DNA of 64,000 nucleotides from the IMG/VR virus record IMGVR_UViG_3300035682_000026; one strand, given 5' to 3'. This document shows, piece by piece, positions 16,118-25,051 of the stretch (its first letter is position 1; each line of letters opens with the position of its first letter). The position numbers and the translations under genes are program-made. The stretch comes from an uncultured virus (IMG/VR IMGVR_UViG_3300035682_000026) (taxonomy: Duplodnaviria; Heunggongvirae; Uroviricota; Caudoviricetes). Under the pieces are notes generated by a model. It saw only the letters and a list, made by a program, of their open reading frames with translations. It made no database searches and had not been told where the DNA came from.

Positions 16118-18444
16118 TATTTTCCGTAGTTGATTATCTTTTTAATTTTATTTATTTGCTCAAATAATTTATAATTGGTAAAATATGTTGGCAAATCTTT
16201 AATGAATACATAACCCTCATGGAATTTACCATTTTGTTTATCACTCAATTTAATATAAACTTGTCCATTAATTTTAAATCTTCTTCTATCAATATCAATA
16301 CGAACCATATCATTTTCAATCATATTAGCATATGGATTTTGTCCCATATTTTTAAGTGTATCTGTAAGATATGAAATTACAATTTTTTGTTTTCTTTTAA
16401 CATCATCTTCATCTTCATTATCATTTTCTTCATCTTCATCATTATATAAATTTTCTTCAATGTGTTCTTCAATTATTTCAAGAATGTTTGATTTAATATC
16501 TGCATCATCAACAACCATATTGTTATCATCAACCCATTCTCTCATAGCATCATCATTATCTGGTAAATCATAAATATCCAATACACCTTCCATCATAGAA
16601 TTAACGTTCCCTATGAAATCATCAGCTACTGTTGTGAAAAATTGGTTTCCTCTAATGAATAAGATAAAAGCATCTAATTTAACTATAATCTCTTCATCAC
16701 TTTCTCGATATTCAATTACATCTTTTATTTTATCACATGTGTCATCGGCTTCTTTCCATTTAGCATTATATGATTCTGTTGAATATTCTTTTTCTATTAT
16801 ACTTTCAATTTTCTTTAAAACGTCAGGTTGTTGATTTAAATATGATATTAATTCATCAACTGCTTCACTTGGTGTTGATTTTGTAACAATACCAACAGAT
16901 TTAACTTGATTGAATAAATCCTCATCTTCTTCTAGGATTAATTGTAAATATTTTTTTGTTTGTTCTTCTAGACCATCTTCCCAACCTTCAAAATAATTAT
17001 CATCATCCCATACCCAATATCCTGGGTGAGTTGCTTGATTCATAAAATAAGTTATACTATTATCTAAATTATCTAATCCATTTGGGTAGTCTCTGAAATC
17101 TAAGGTAACAAACCCTCTATATACAATGAAACCCATTCCTTCAGGTAATCTTTCTTGTATTTCTTCTACCGTTTCATCTATCCATAATTCATTTATTCTA
17201 AGAAGCATTTCTTTATCACGTTTAAATTCTTCTGGCACCGCTTTATCACCCAAGTGTTTTTCAAGCAATTCAAATTTATCCATACCATTAGTTGCAATAA
17301 ATCTACTTACTTCTTTTCCAGTCAATGAATGTAGAAAAGCCTTGATGTCTTCATCAGATAAAACCATAAGTTCAGTGTATACTGGGTTTAATTGATATCT
17401 ATTTCTTTGATTAGGTTTCATATACTCATCAAACTTTCTTTTGCTTATTTGAGCATATCTTTTAAGAATTGCTGGTTTATTTTTAATAAAGGCAAATCCT
17501 TCATCATCTAGTCCAATACCAAATGAAACATATAAATTTAATAAGTCATCTGGAAGTTGCATTAATTGATTATTTGTTATTGGTTTGGAAATAGTTGGAT
17601 ATATATCTAAATAATTTCTTTTTTCTTCATATGATAATCTTTTAAATTCCATATCAGAAATACCATTTTTAAATCTTACATGTTCTTTTCTTTCTTCTTC
17701 TGTAAATGGTTTTGGTTGCAATACTTCATGTGCTGGTCCTAAGTTAGGGTTAATTGCCATAATTTCATCCCAACTCATTTGAGTATCATTATCATTTTGA
17801 GCTGAGGTAACAATATATTGTTTTGTTGTTAAATCATTTAAATTGACATTTTTTGGAACTTGAATTACAAAGAAATGGTATTTATTTTGAAATTTACCAC
17901 TAAATGTTGTTTTACCTAAATTCCAAAGTTTAAATTCTTCTTTTGTTGCTGGAATATCTTTAATAAAATAGAAAGCTGGTTCATAAGGTTTAAATCTATA
18001 TGTATAAAACATATTTGATGAATCTGACCTGGCTACACACCAACTATAAGGAAAACTACCTTTATATTTAATACATGCTCTAGGATTGTCAGCGTAAAAT
18101 ACTTCAATATTTGTATCTTTATAAACAGCTTCAGCTGATACATCAATATCATTGGTAGGTTTAGAAATAGCACTATATACTGGTCTTTTACCACCAACAT
18201 AATCTACCAACACTTCTAAATCATGAAAATCCTTATATGAATCAACATCATTTCTTTTATCTATTGGAACATTAATGTTGACTTCTGCGTCAAACATCTC
18301 TTTAAATTTTTTATCTCTAATATATTTAAATTTATCGATATATGATTTAACAATATCGGGGTCAAACCCTTGAGATATGAATTTTTTTGTTTGACTTTTA
18401 AAATCTTCATTAAGAAGTTCATTATATATATTGGTAAGCTTCAT
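16117..18444 (-). CDS. large hypothetical protein (shares a domain with 44097..46277)
   Basis: ACIKY...SWCVAR...YTYR...FYF block also in 44097 protein. Confidence 0.75.
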   Translation of the reverse strand: MKLTNIYNELLNEDFKSQTKKFISQGFDPDIVKSYIDKFKYIRDKKFKEMFDAEVNINVPIDKRNDVDSYKDFHDLEVLVDYVGGKRPVYSAISKPTNDIDVSAEAVYKDTNIEVFYADNPRACIKYKGSFPYSWCVARSDSSNMFYTYRFKPYEPAFYFIKDIPATKEEFKLWNLGKTTFSGKFQNKYHFFVIQVPKNVNLNDLTTKQYIVTSAQNDNDTQMSWDEIMAINPNLGPAHEVLQPKPFTEEERKEHVRFKNGISDMEFKRLSYEEKRNYLDIYPTISKPITNNQLMQLPDDLLNLYVSFGIGLDDEGFAFIKNKPAILKRYAQISKRKFDEYMKPNQRNRYQLNPVYTELMVLSDEDIKAFLHSLTGKEVSRFIATNGMDKFELLEKHLGDKAVPEEFKRDKEMLLRINELWIDETVEEIQERLPEGMGFIVYRGFVTLDFRDYPNGLDNLDNSITYFMNQATHPGYWVWDDDNYFEGWEDGLEEQTKKYLQLILEEDEDLFNQVKSVGIVTKSTPSEAVDELISYLNQQPDVLKKIESIIEKEYSTESYNAKWKEADDTCDKIKDVIEYRESDEEIIVKLDAFILFIRGNQFFTTVADDFIGNVNSMMEGVLDIYDLPDNDDAMREWVDDNNMVVDDADIKSNILEIIEEHIEENLYNDEDEENDNEDEDDVKRKQKIVISYLTDTLKNMGQNPYANMIENDMVRIDIDRRRFKINGQVYIKLSDKQNGKFHEGYVFIKDLPTYFTNYKLFEQINKIKKIINYGK

Positions 18445-18508
18445 GTTTGTGTTTTATAATAAATATCAACTATTTTTGAATATTCATTAATAACTTTTAA
18501 AATGTTAG

Positions 18509-18582
18509 TACATCCACTAGGATTCGAACCTAGGACCCCTTGCATGTAAAACAAGTGCTCTAACCAACTGAGCTATAGATGC
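18509..18582 (-). tRNA. tRNA-Val(TAC)
   Basis: Loop TT-TAC-AT, canonical D and T arms. Confidence 0.93.
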
Positions 18583-18588
18583 ATATTG

Positions 18589-18669
18589 TACTCATGGTCG
18601 GACTCGAACCGACACGCCTTGCGACACCAGATTCTAAATCTGACGGGTCTACCATTCCCCCACACGAGC
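18589..18669 (-). tRNA. tRNA-Leu(TAG)
   Basis: Loop TT-TAG-AA, long variable arm. Confidence 0.92.
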
Positions 18670-18708
18670 TAGTTTTGCTTATCAAGGAAAGCATCGGTAA
18701 AACCTTTG

Positions 18709-18782
18709 TACCCCCGATGGGATTTGAACCCACACTGTACAGGGTTTAAGTCTGATGCCTCTTCCGATTGGGCTACAGGGGT
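18709..18782 (-). tRNA. tRNA-Leu(TAA), short variable arm
   Basis: Acceptor ACCCCTG/CGGGGGT, loop CT-TAA-AC, weak anticodon stem; overlaps the HNH stop codon. Confidence 0.75.
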
Positions 18783-19243
18783 CTTTTTTTGTTTCTAACT
18801 GTAGTTGTTTGGCTATGACAATTTGGACATAAAATTTTTAAATTTTCTAACCTATTATCCGTATTATCACCGTTGATATGTTCTAACTCTAAGGTTATTT
18901 CTTTACCATTCCATTCAACAATACCACATTCTTCACATTGTTTTGTTTTTATTCCTTCTTTGAATAATCTCTTTTTTAAACTATTACCGTTTTTATATGG
19001 TGAGTTTTCCACCAATGCATCGACTAATTCATAAGTTTTACCAAATGGGGTGAATTTTTCGCCTTGATTCCAAGCTGCACCAGTAAAATGACTAGTATCA
19101 ATTTCCCATTCTTTAAACTTAGCATATAATGTTTTGTAATTACCACCACATGCTTTCATATTCAACTCACGACATACACCAGCTACCGCTAATGATTTTC
19201 TAACCGCTTCTTCTAATTCTTCTTTAGTATGTTTATATCTCAT
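18773..19243 (-). CDS. HNH homing endonuclease
   Basis: LEHINGDNTDNRLENLKILCPNCHSQT. Confidence 0.92.
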   Translation of the reverse strand: MRYKHTKEELEEAVRKSLAVAGVCRELNMKACGGNYKTLYAKFKEWEIDTSHFTGAAWNQGEKFTPFGKTYELVDALVENSPYKNGNSLKKRLFKEGIKTKQCEECGIVEWNGKEITLELEHINGDNTDNRLENLKILCPNCHSQTTTVRNKKRPL

Positions 19244-19290
19244 ACTAATAAATATATAGAATTCTATAAAAAAGTAAACACTAAGTAAAA

Positions 19291-19324
19291 AAGTCCAGCG
19301 TGTCTACCATTCCACCACTCGGCC
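19291..19324 (-). pseudogene. 5' half of a tRNA-Leu, truncated in the anticodon loop
   Basis: GGCCGAG-TG-GTGGAATGGTAGACAC-G-CTGGA-CTT then unrelated sequence. Confidence 0.8.
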
Positions 19325-19337
19325 AAAATGGAAATAA

Positions 19338-19493
19338 TTACTCTTCGATTTCCATTGGTGTTTCTTCTAAGCCTTCTTCAGCTAATTTAGCTTCTTCATA
19401 AGCTTTTGCACATCTATGATGCAGGAATTTTCCATTATTTACCGCAGCAACCCCTAGGATTGATTCTCCGCAATGTTCGCATGTAAATGTCAT
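19338..19493 (-). CDS. small Zn-finger protein (51 aa)
   Basis: MTFTCEHCGESI...FLHHRC. Confidence 0.55.
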   Translation of the reverse strand: MTFTCEHCGESILGVAAVNNGKFLHHRCAKAYEEAKLAEEGLEETPMEIEE

Positions 19494-19572
19494 ATCTTAT
19501 TATTTTAATTCTTTTAAGCTCACGCTTATGTTATTTGTAGCTCATTTTATCACTAATTTGAGCTTTATCCAG

Positions 19573-19597
19573 AGGCGTGAACAGGATTCGAACCTGT
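19573..19597 (-). pseudogene. 3' fragment (T arm and acceptor strand) of a tRNA, probably Cys
   Basis: ACAGG-TTCGAAT-CCTGT-TCACGCC-T (U73). Confidence 0.7.
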
Positions 19598-19599
19598 TA

Positions 19600-20049
19600 T
19601 TATTTAATATTCTCATACCACCAACCAAATTGTTTAGATGTTCTGATTCTATGGCAATTAGCACATAAAACATTACATTTTTCTATTTCTGCTAATATAG
19701 TGGCCCAATTATACGAATATATCATAGACGAGATACCATATTTTTTTTCTTTTTCATCTTTATGGTCAAAATCTAAAACTATTGGATTAGATTCGTCACA
19801 AACAACACAATGGTGTGTTTTAAAATATTCTAATAAATTTACCCTATTTTCAGATGTTTTTATTTTTTTTCTTATGTTAATACGTTCTAAATATTCTTCT
19901 TTATATTTGGCGTAATGTTCTTTATTTTTTCTTTTTTCTTTATAACAACTTTTACATTGTGAATGTAATTTATTTGTTTTTTTATTTTTGAAAAAGAAAT
20001 CACAAATTTCTTTTTCTTCACCACATTGTGTACATTTTTTTGTTTCCAT
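19600..20049 (-). CDS. HNH endonuclease
   Basis: CVVC...LDFDH...KCNVLCANCHR. Confidence 0.9.
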   Translation of the reverse strand: METKKCTQCGEEKEICDFFFKNKKTNKLHSQCKSCYKEKRKNKEHYAKYKEEYLERINIRKKIKTSENRVNLLEYFKTHHCVVCDESNPIVLDFDHKDEKEKKYGISSMIYSYNWATILAEIEKCNVLCANCHRIRTSKQFGWWYENIK

Positions 20050-20110
20050 ATTTGTTTTTATTATAAATATGGAATAAAACTGCAAAACACAAAATTTATT
20101 TGCAGTTTAG

Positions 20111-20183
20111 AGCCGAAGGTTGGATTCGAACCAACGAATAGTGGTTTTGCAAACCACCCCCTTAACCACTTGGGTACATCGGC
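20111..20183 (-). tRNA. tRNA-Cys(GCA)
   Basis: Stem GTGGT/ACCAC, loop TT-GCA-AA, U73. Confidence 0.92.
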
Positions 20184-20189
20184 ATTTAT

Positions 20190-20226
20190 TTTGCAGAGCC
20201 CTGTCTAACCACTCGGCCATCGTGCC
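20190..20226 (-). pseudogene. 5' half of a tRNA-Cys(GCA)
   Basis: GGCACGA-TG-GCCGAGTGGTTAGAC-A-GGGCT-CTGCAAA, ends after the anticodon loop. Confidence 0.8.
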
Positions 20227-20228
20227 AT

Positions 20229-20263
20229 AAAAAAAACCCATTTAATTTGACTTAAATGGGTTT
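20229..20263 (-). terminator. attenuator terminator of tRNA operon 3
   Basis: AAACCCATTTAA-GTCAAA-TTAAATGGGTTT followed by U tract. Confidence 0.9.
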
Positions 20264-20287
20264 CATATTTTGAATGATTAAATTTAA

Positions 20288-20362
20288 TCAACAACCATAA
20301 CCCATCGTGCCCACCACTAGTGAACATAATACAAGGACCAATAACATTGCTAAATTTTTCAT
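20288..20362 (-). CDS. leader peptide 3 MKNLAMLLVLVLCSLVVGTMGYGC
   Basis: Core LLVLVLCSLVV has 10 of 11 residues L/V/C. Confidence 0.8.
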   Translation of the reverse strand: MKNLAMLLVLVLCSLVVGTMGYGC

Positions 20363-20402
20363 TTTTATTTTAATTTTTATGTGGTTTCTACCACGTTGTT
20401 TA

Positions 20403-20443
20403 ATAAATATAAGCAAATATACAAAAAGATTCCTAATAGTCAA
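20403..20443 (-). promoter_or_regulatory. promoter of tRNA operon 3
   Basis: TTG...TATATTTG followed by TATATTTATT. Confidence 0.75.
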
Positions 20444-20509
20444 GTATTTTATTGATTTATTTTTAAAATATATTGACAATTTTTAAAATATTCCTTATAT
20501 TTAAGAATT

Positions 20510-20836
20510 ATGGGCTACGTTTACCTCTTATTACAAACCGACATTGATGGAAATTGTTCCCACAAAATAGGTATAACTAAAAACGACCCAAACCTTCGTT
20601 TAAAGCAATTGCAAACAGGTAATCCTAATAAAATAAGTCTTCTTAAACAATACTATTCAAAAAACTATCTAAAAGTAGAACAATGGATGCACCGAAAACA
20701 TTCTGGCTCCAAATCTGAAGCCAAGAATGAGTGGCGTATACTTACCGATGAGAATGTGTTCTCATTTATTGATGATTGTAAAGAAGCTGATGAAACCATC
20801 AAATTCCTACTTGAAAATAATTCTCTTTATAAATAA
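20510..20836 (+). CDS. GIY-YIG nuclease (T5orf172/MUG113-like)
   Basis: YVYLL...KIGIT...RLKQLQTGNP...EW. Confidence 0.85.
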   Translation: MGYVYLLLQTDIDGNCSHKIGITKNDPNLRLKQLQTGNPNKISLLKQYYSKNYLKVEQWMHRKHSGSKSEAKNEWRILTDENVFSFIDDCKEADETIKFLLENNSLYK

Positions 20837-22011
20837 AATTCTTTACGAATCCTTACCAATAAATCATTAACCAAATTCTTATCAACACTATTTGGTAAGT
20901 CTGAATCTTCAAATACTGAATCCATATTTGCAATCGCAGCATCTGCAGTTTCAATTAGAGTTTCCAAATCAACTTCACCACGTCTAATTTTAAGAAGTTC
21001 TGCAGCATCTTGTCGTCTGACTTGTATACCTTCTCCACGACCAATTTCAGTAGCCATATTAATAAGTCTAATACAATGCATCATATTCTTTCCATCGATA
21101 CGTTGACCATGTTCTTGTGTTTCAACATAACGAGCTTCATTACGGTTCTCTAACCATTCTTGATACTCTCTATAATCTTTACAATGCTCTGAGTAACCAT
21201 CTTTGTTATAGATTAGGTTACAGATAGCTTTCTCACCTTTAGGAATGCTAGAAAGTCTTAATTGATTTGAAATACCATAATTAATCTTACCATCTTCATC
21301 TTCATGACCAGTATTAATAAGTCCCTTATATCCGAAGCCCATTGATTTACCAGCATCTTTTCGAATTTCTTTTGAAGCTGTTCGTTTAGCTTCAGTATGT
21401 CTATCTGAATGTAATAACTCACTTACTTTATCATAAAATAAAGCATATACATCTCTAGCATTTGATAAATTAACAGCACCAATGTATTTTTCTTCAAACC
21501 TACCATCATTCCATTTTTTCCATGGAATGGTTTTTTCTCCATCAATAACATAACAGAAATCCAATAGGTCTTTACGAACTACTTTATCTTTCTCCCAATT
21601 TTGTTTTTTATTAAGACCCTTAGCTTTTTTAATTTGTTGTCTAGCATAACCCCCAAAACTATCCTTACATACTTTGGTAATAAACTTTTCCTTTTGTTCA
21701 AGGATAAGGTCAAACAATGGATGTTTGCTAATTATACAATCTTCTGGACTATTAAGAAGTTCTAGTACTGTTGGGTTGTTAGAACCCATAAGTTCTAGGA
21801 AACGTCTAATCTCCCATCCAGTATAATCCTTATTTACATTGATTTGTTCCACGTAACCAGTACCTAGAATGTTTTCCAGAGGTAGGATATAAACAAATTT
21901 TTTGTCTACATCACTTTCAGGTGTCTGTGTTCCATATGCTTGAGAACCAATAATGGTTTCAAATAAGATAAGACCGTTATCTACAAGATACTCATGTGTT
22001 ATCTGTTTCAT
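20827..22011 (-). CDS. nucleotidyltransferase (Pol-beta superfamily, phage type)
   Basis: GSQAYGTQTPESDVD, NNPTVLELL, KNMMHCIRL. Confidence 0.85.
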   Translation of the reverse strand: MKQITHEYLVDNGLILFETIIGSQAYGTQTPESDVDKKFVYILPLENILGTGYVEQINVNKDYTGWEIRRFLELMGSNNPTVLELLNSPEDCIISKHPLFDLILEQKEKFITKVCKDSFGGYARQQIKKAKGLNKKQNWEKDKVVRKDLLDFCYVIDGEKTIPWKKWNDGRFEEKYIGAVNLSNARDVYALFYDKVSELLHSDRHTEAKRTASKEIRKDAGKSMGFGYKGLINTGHEDEDGKINYGISNQLRLSSIPKGEKAICNLIYNKDGYSEHCKDYREYQEWLENRNEARYVETQEHGQRIDGKNMMHCIRLINMATEIGRGEGIQVRRQDAAELLKIRRGEVDLETLIETADAAIANMDSVFEDSDLPNSVDKNLVNDLLVRIRKEFYL

Positions 22012-22023
22012 ATTTTTATTAGT

Positions 22024-22296
22024 TTAAACATTATTTGCTTCTGAATAACTAGCTCTTACACCTTTGTTATACATTACTTTGGTTATAACATTTATTAAAT
22101 CATCAACTCTATTTATATGTAATTCACCATCAAGAACAAAGCCTTCTTTATCGTTACCAATCAATGTAAATTCTTCATCAATATGATTTGAACAAAATAA
22201 ATCTAAACCTTCACTATCAATAGTTAGACTATAGATATCATTACCAATTTTTTCGAATCCCATACTTAATAGTATTTCTTTGTTTAATTTTTTCAT
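22024..22296 (-). CDS. hypothetical protein
   Basis: 90 aa ORF with TAnnTTTG promoter. Confidence 0.6.
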   Translation of the reverse strand: MKKLNKEILLSMGFEKIGNDIYSLTIDSEGLDLFCSNHIDEEFTLIGNDKEGFVLDGELHINRVDDLINVITKVMYNKGVRASYSEANNV

Positions 22297-22390
22297 AATT
22301 TTATTTTTTATTTATTATTATTTTGGCAAATATATAATTTAATTTTTATATTACCAAATGTTTTGATATTTATTATTAAATAATAATATT

Positions 22391-22669
22391 ATGAAAACAT
22401 TTGCTATTAATCTTTTTAAAGACGAGAGAGGAAAAAACTCATCCAAAAGATTTCTTGGACTCATTGCTGGATTAACATTATGTATAACATTATTTGTTAA
22501 CAGTTTTTACGGGGCTAATTTTAAACCCTCTGATTCTTTAGTTAATGCTGTTGCTATGTTGTCTTTTGGTTGTTTAGGACTTGCCAGTGTAGATAAAATA
22601 TGGGGAAAAACACCAGCCAAACCATCAGATGATGTAGTAAAAGATGATGTGGTAAAAGAAGATGAATAA
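22391..22669 (+). CDS. two-TM membrane protein (holin-like)
   Basis: SSKRF followed by two hydrophobic helices; TATTTATTATT upstream. Confidence 0.6.
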   Translation: MKTFAINLFKDERGKNSSKRFLGLIAGLTLCITLFVNSFYGANFKPSDSLVNAVAMLSFGCLGLASVDKIWGKTPAKPSDDVVKDDVVKEDE

Positions 22670-22690
22670 AATAGGGCTGATATCAGCCCT

Positions 22691-22756
22691 TTATTTTATA
22701 TACCCTTGTTTTATTAATTCATGTATGTAAGTGCTCTGTTCAATGTTTTTCTCGTT
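22691..22756 (-). pseudogene. orphan 3' end of the 2H gene (NEKNIEQSTYIHELIKQGYIK*)
   Basis: Aligns with C-terminus MEEHSKYLHECIKNGFIQ* of 23752..24273. Confidence 0.65.
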
Positions 22757-22885
22757 TTTAAAACTTTTAAATTAGAGTACAAATATACAACTATTTTTTA
22801 ACACACAAATTATTTTTACTTTTATTTTTAAAATACTTGACTTTTTATTATATATGTGTATATTTATAGTATATACAATTAAAAT

Positions 22886-23047
22886 ATGAAAAAACAAGAA
22901 AAAACACTTATTATGAGAATCGATGAAGATTTAAAAACCAGATTCAACCAAAAAGCTGAAGATAACTATATGTCATTATCAGCAAGAATAAAATATCTAA
23001 TGAAAATGGATATTGAAGACAAAATAACGATAAAAAATGGAAAATAA
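22886..23047 (+). CDS. small ribbon-helix-helix-like protein (53 aa)
   Basis: LIMRIDEDLKTRFNQKAEDNYMSLSARIKYLM; overlaps GIY-YIG start. Confidence 0.7.
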   Translation: MKKQEKTLIMRIDEDLKTRFNQKAEDNYMSLSARIKYLMKMDIEDKITIKNGK

Positions 23048-23762
23048 ACAAGGTATTTATAAAATACTAAATAATAAAACTAATAAAGTTTACATTGGTT
23101 CATCTATTAATATAAATAAAAGATTTAGAGAACATAAAAATTCTTTAGTTAAAAATAAACATAGGTCACCAAAATTACAAAATTCATATAATATTCATGG
23201 GTTATCATTTTTTATTTTTGAAATAATTGAATTAGTGGACGATATAAATGAATTGTTAAAAAGAGAACAATTTTATATAGATAGTTTTAATTCATACCAT
23301 AATGGTTACAATTCTAGACCAAAAGCTGAATCAAATTACGGTAGAATAGTTTCTGATGAAACTAAGAAAAAAATTAGTGATAAATTAAAAGGTAATGTTG
23401 GTCCAAATAAAGGTTTAATTATGTCTGATGAGATAAAAGCTAAAATAAGTAAAACTAGAAAAGGTTGCGTATCTAATAGAAAAGGTTCTAAACATACTGA
23501 AGAATCTAAAATAAAAATGAGTGAAATTAGGAAAGGTATTAAATGGAACCCAAATTATATTGGTCCCAGTGAAGAAACAAAGAATAAAATTAGAGAAACT
23601 ATGTTAAAAAATGGAACTGGTGGAAGAAATAAAAAATGTATCATTGAAGGAACTGAATATAAATCTGGTAAAGATGCGTCAATTAAATTAAATATAAATT
23701 ATGGTAAAGTAATTGAACGTATTAAATCTAAAAATTTTAAAGAATGGTTTTTTATTGAATAA
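23037..23762 (+). CDS. GIY-YIG endonuclease with NUMOD3 repeats
   Basis: GIYKILN...VYIGSS; KHTEESKIKMS. Confidence 0.92.
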   Translation: MENKQGIYKILNNKTNKVYIGSSININKRFREHKNSLVKNKHRSPKLQNSYNIHGLSFFIFEIIELVDDINELLKREQFYIDSFNSYHNGYNSRPKAESNYGRIVSDETKKKISDKLKGNVGPNKGLIMSDEIKAKISKTRKGCVSNRKGSKHTEESKIKMSEIRKGIKWNPNYIGPSEETKNKIRETMLKNGTGGRNKKCIIEGTEYKSGKDASIKLNINYGKVIERIKSKNFKEWFFIE

Positions 23763-24273
23763 AACCATTCTTTATACATTCATGAAGATATTTTGAATGC
23801 TCTTCCATAACACCATCACGAGCCCTTCCAATGCTCATGTGCATCCCAAAGTATGGTCTACCTAATCCTAATTCATTTCTAATGGCTTGAAGGCCTTCTC
23901 TTTCTTCGTTAGGAATATCCAACCACCAGATTCTATCATCAGTCTTAGGGTTTAAGTCTAATACAATATCAATTTTTTTTCCATCCCATTTAGTTTTAAC
24001 ATCTTCCCATAATTGAAGAATTTCTTCTTCTGACTTATCATTGTTCTGTGTTAAATCTCTCATAGAATCGTTTATGAATGATACGTGAGCTCCTCTGATT
24101 GGTTTGTTAAGGGTAATGTTATATCTTTTTTTTAGAAACCATGCGTAGTATTCACAAACATCACCTTCAATAAAAACCATAGCTATCTTCTTCCATGATG
24201 ATTGGAATAAATGCTTGTTTGTTTTATCTTCTGGTTCAAAACCTATTTTTCCTATTAATTTGATTCTATCCAT
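23752..24273 (-). CDS. 2H phosphoesterase-like protein
   Basis: Two HxS motifs: AHVSFI and MHMSIG. Confidence 0.65.
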   Translation of the reverse strand: MDRIKLIGKIGFEPEDKTNKHLFQSSWKKIAMVFIEGDVCEYYAWFLKKRYNITLNKPIRGAHVSFINDSMRDLTQNNDKSEEEILQLWEDVKTKWDGKKIDIVLDLNPKTDDRIWWLDIPNEEREGLQAIRNELGLGRPYFGMHMSIGRARDGVMEEHSKYLHECIKNGFIQ

Positions 24274-24366
24274 AATGCAAATATATAATTTTTTTTTAAT
24301 ATTATTAAATTATTTTACTTTTTTTTCATATGTATTATATTTATATATATAATAAATGTTATACAT

Positions 24367-24525
24367 ATGAAAAAAGAAAAACTAAAAGATGTTGTTTGGC
24401 CAATAAGAATGTCACAGGAACTAAAAGATGAATTTAAAACTTATTGTGATAATAAGGGTTACTCAATGAATAAATTAATAAAAATACTAATTAAAAAAGA
24501 AATTAAAAATGGGTTGGAATCTTAA
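24367..24525 (+). CDS. small ribbon-helix-helix-like protein (52 aa)
   Basis: WPIRMSQELKDEFKTYCDNKGYSMNKLIKILI; overlaps HNH start. Confidence 0.7.
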   Translation: MKKEKLKDVVWPIRMSQELKDEFKTYCDNKGYSMNKLIKILIKKEIKNGLES

Positions 24526-25051
24526 TACTGAAGAAGGTCGTGAAGCTAAAAGAAAATATTATGCTGAATATAGACTTAAAAATAAAGATAAAATAAAAAA
24601 AATAGCTAAGAAATATAGAGATAATAATAAAACTACTATTAGTAATATCGATAAAATATATAGAGAAAAAAATAAAGATAAGATAAACACATATAGAAGA
24701 GAACGAATTTTAAAAGACCCTTTATATAGAATAACATCAAACATTAGGAGTTTAATTAGACAATCTTTTAGATATAAAGGTTTAAAAAAGAATACATTAT
24801 CTGAAAAAATACTTGGGTGTACTTTTGAAGAATTTAAAAACCATTTAGAATCACTTTGGGGGCCATGGATGAATTGGGATAACTATGGTTTATATGAACC
24901 TAATAAACTAAATTACGGGTGGGATATAGACCACATAATACCGTTAAAAACTGGTAAAACAGAAGAAGATATAATTAAATTAAATCATCATTTAAATCTT
25001 CAACCTTTATGTTCATATACTAACCGAAATATTAAGATGGACGATTTTTAA
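24509..25051 (+). CDS. HNH-family endonuclease
   Basis: WDIDHIIP...NHHLNLQPL. Confidence 0.85.
   Translation: MGWNLNTEEGREAKRKYYAEYRLKNKDKIKKIAKKYRDNNKTTISNIDKIYREKNKDKINTYRRERILKDPLYRITSNIRSLIRQSFRYKGLKKNTLSEKILGCTFEEFKNHLESLWGPWMNWDNYGLYEPNKLNYGWDIDHIIPLKTGKTEEDIIKLNHHLNLQPLCSYTNRNIKMDDF

Noticed and set aside
18773..20226. Group I introns in tRNA-Leu or tRNA-Cys
   Set aside because: No intron core is visible, the Leu 3' half is missing, and the Cys 3' fragment lacks the anticodon-stem strand.
20288..20479. 63-aa ORF from the track
   Set aside because: The upstream start overlaps the promoter; the ATG at 20362 after an A-rich leader fits better.
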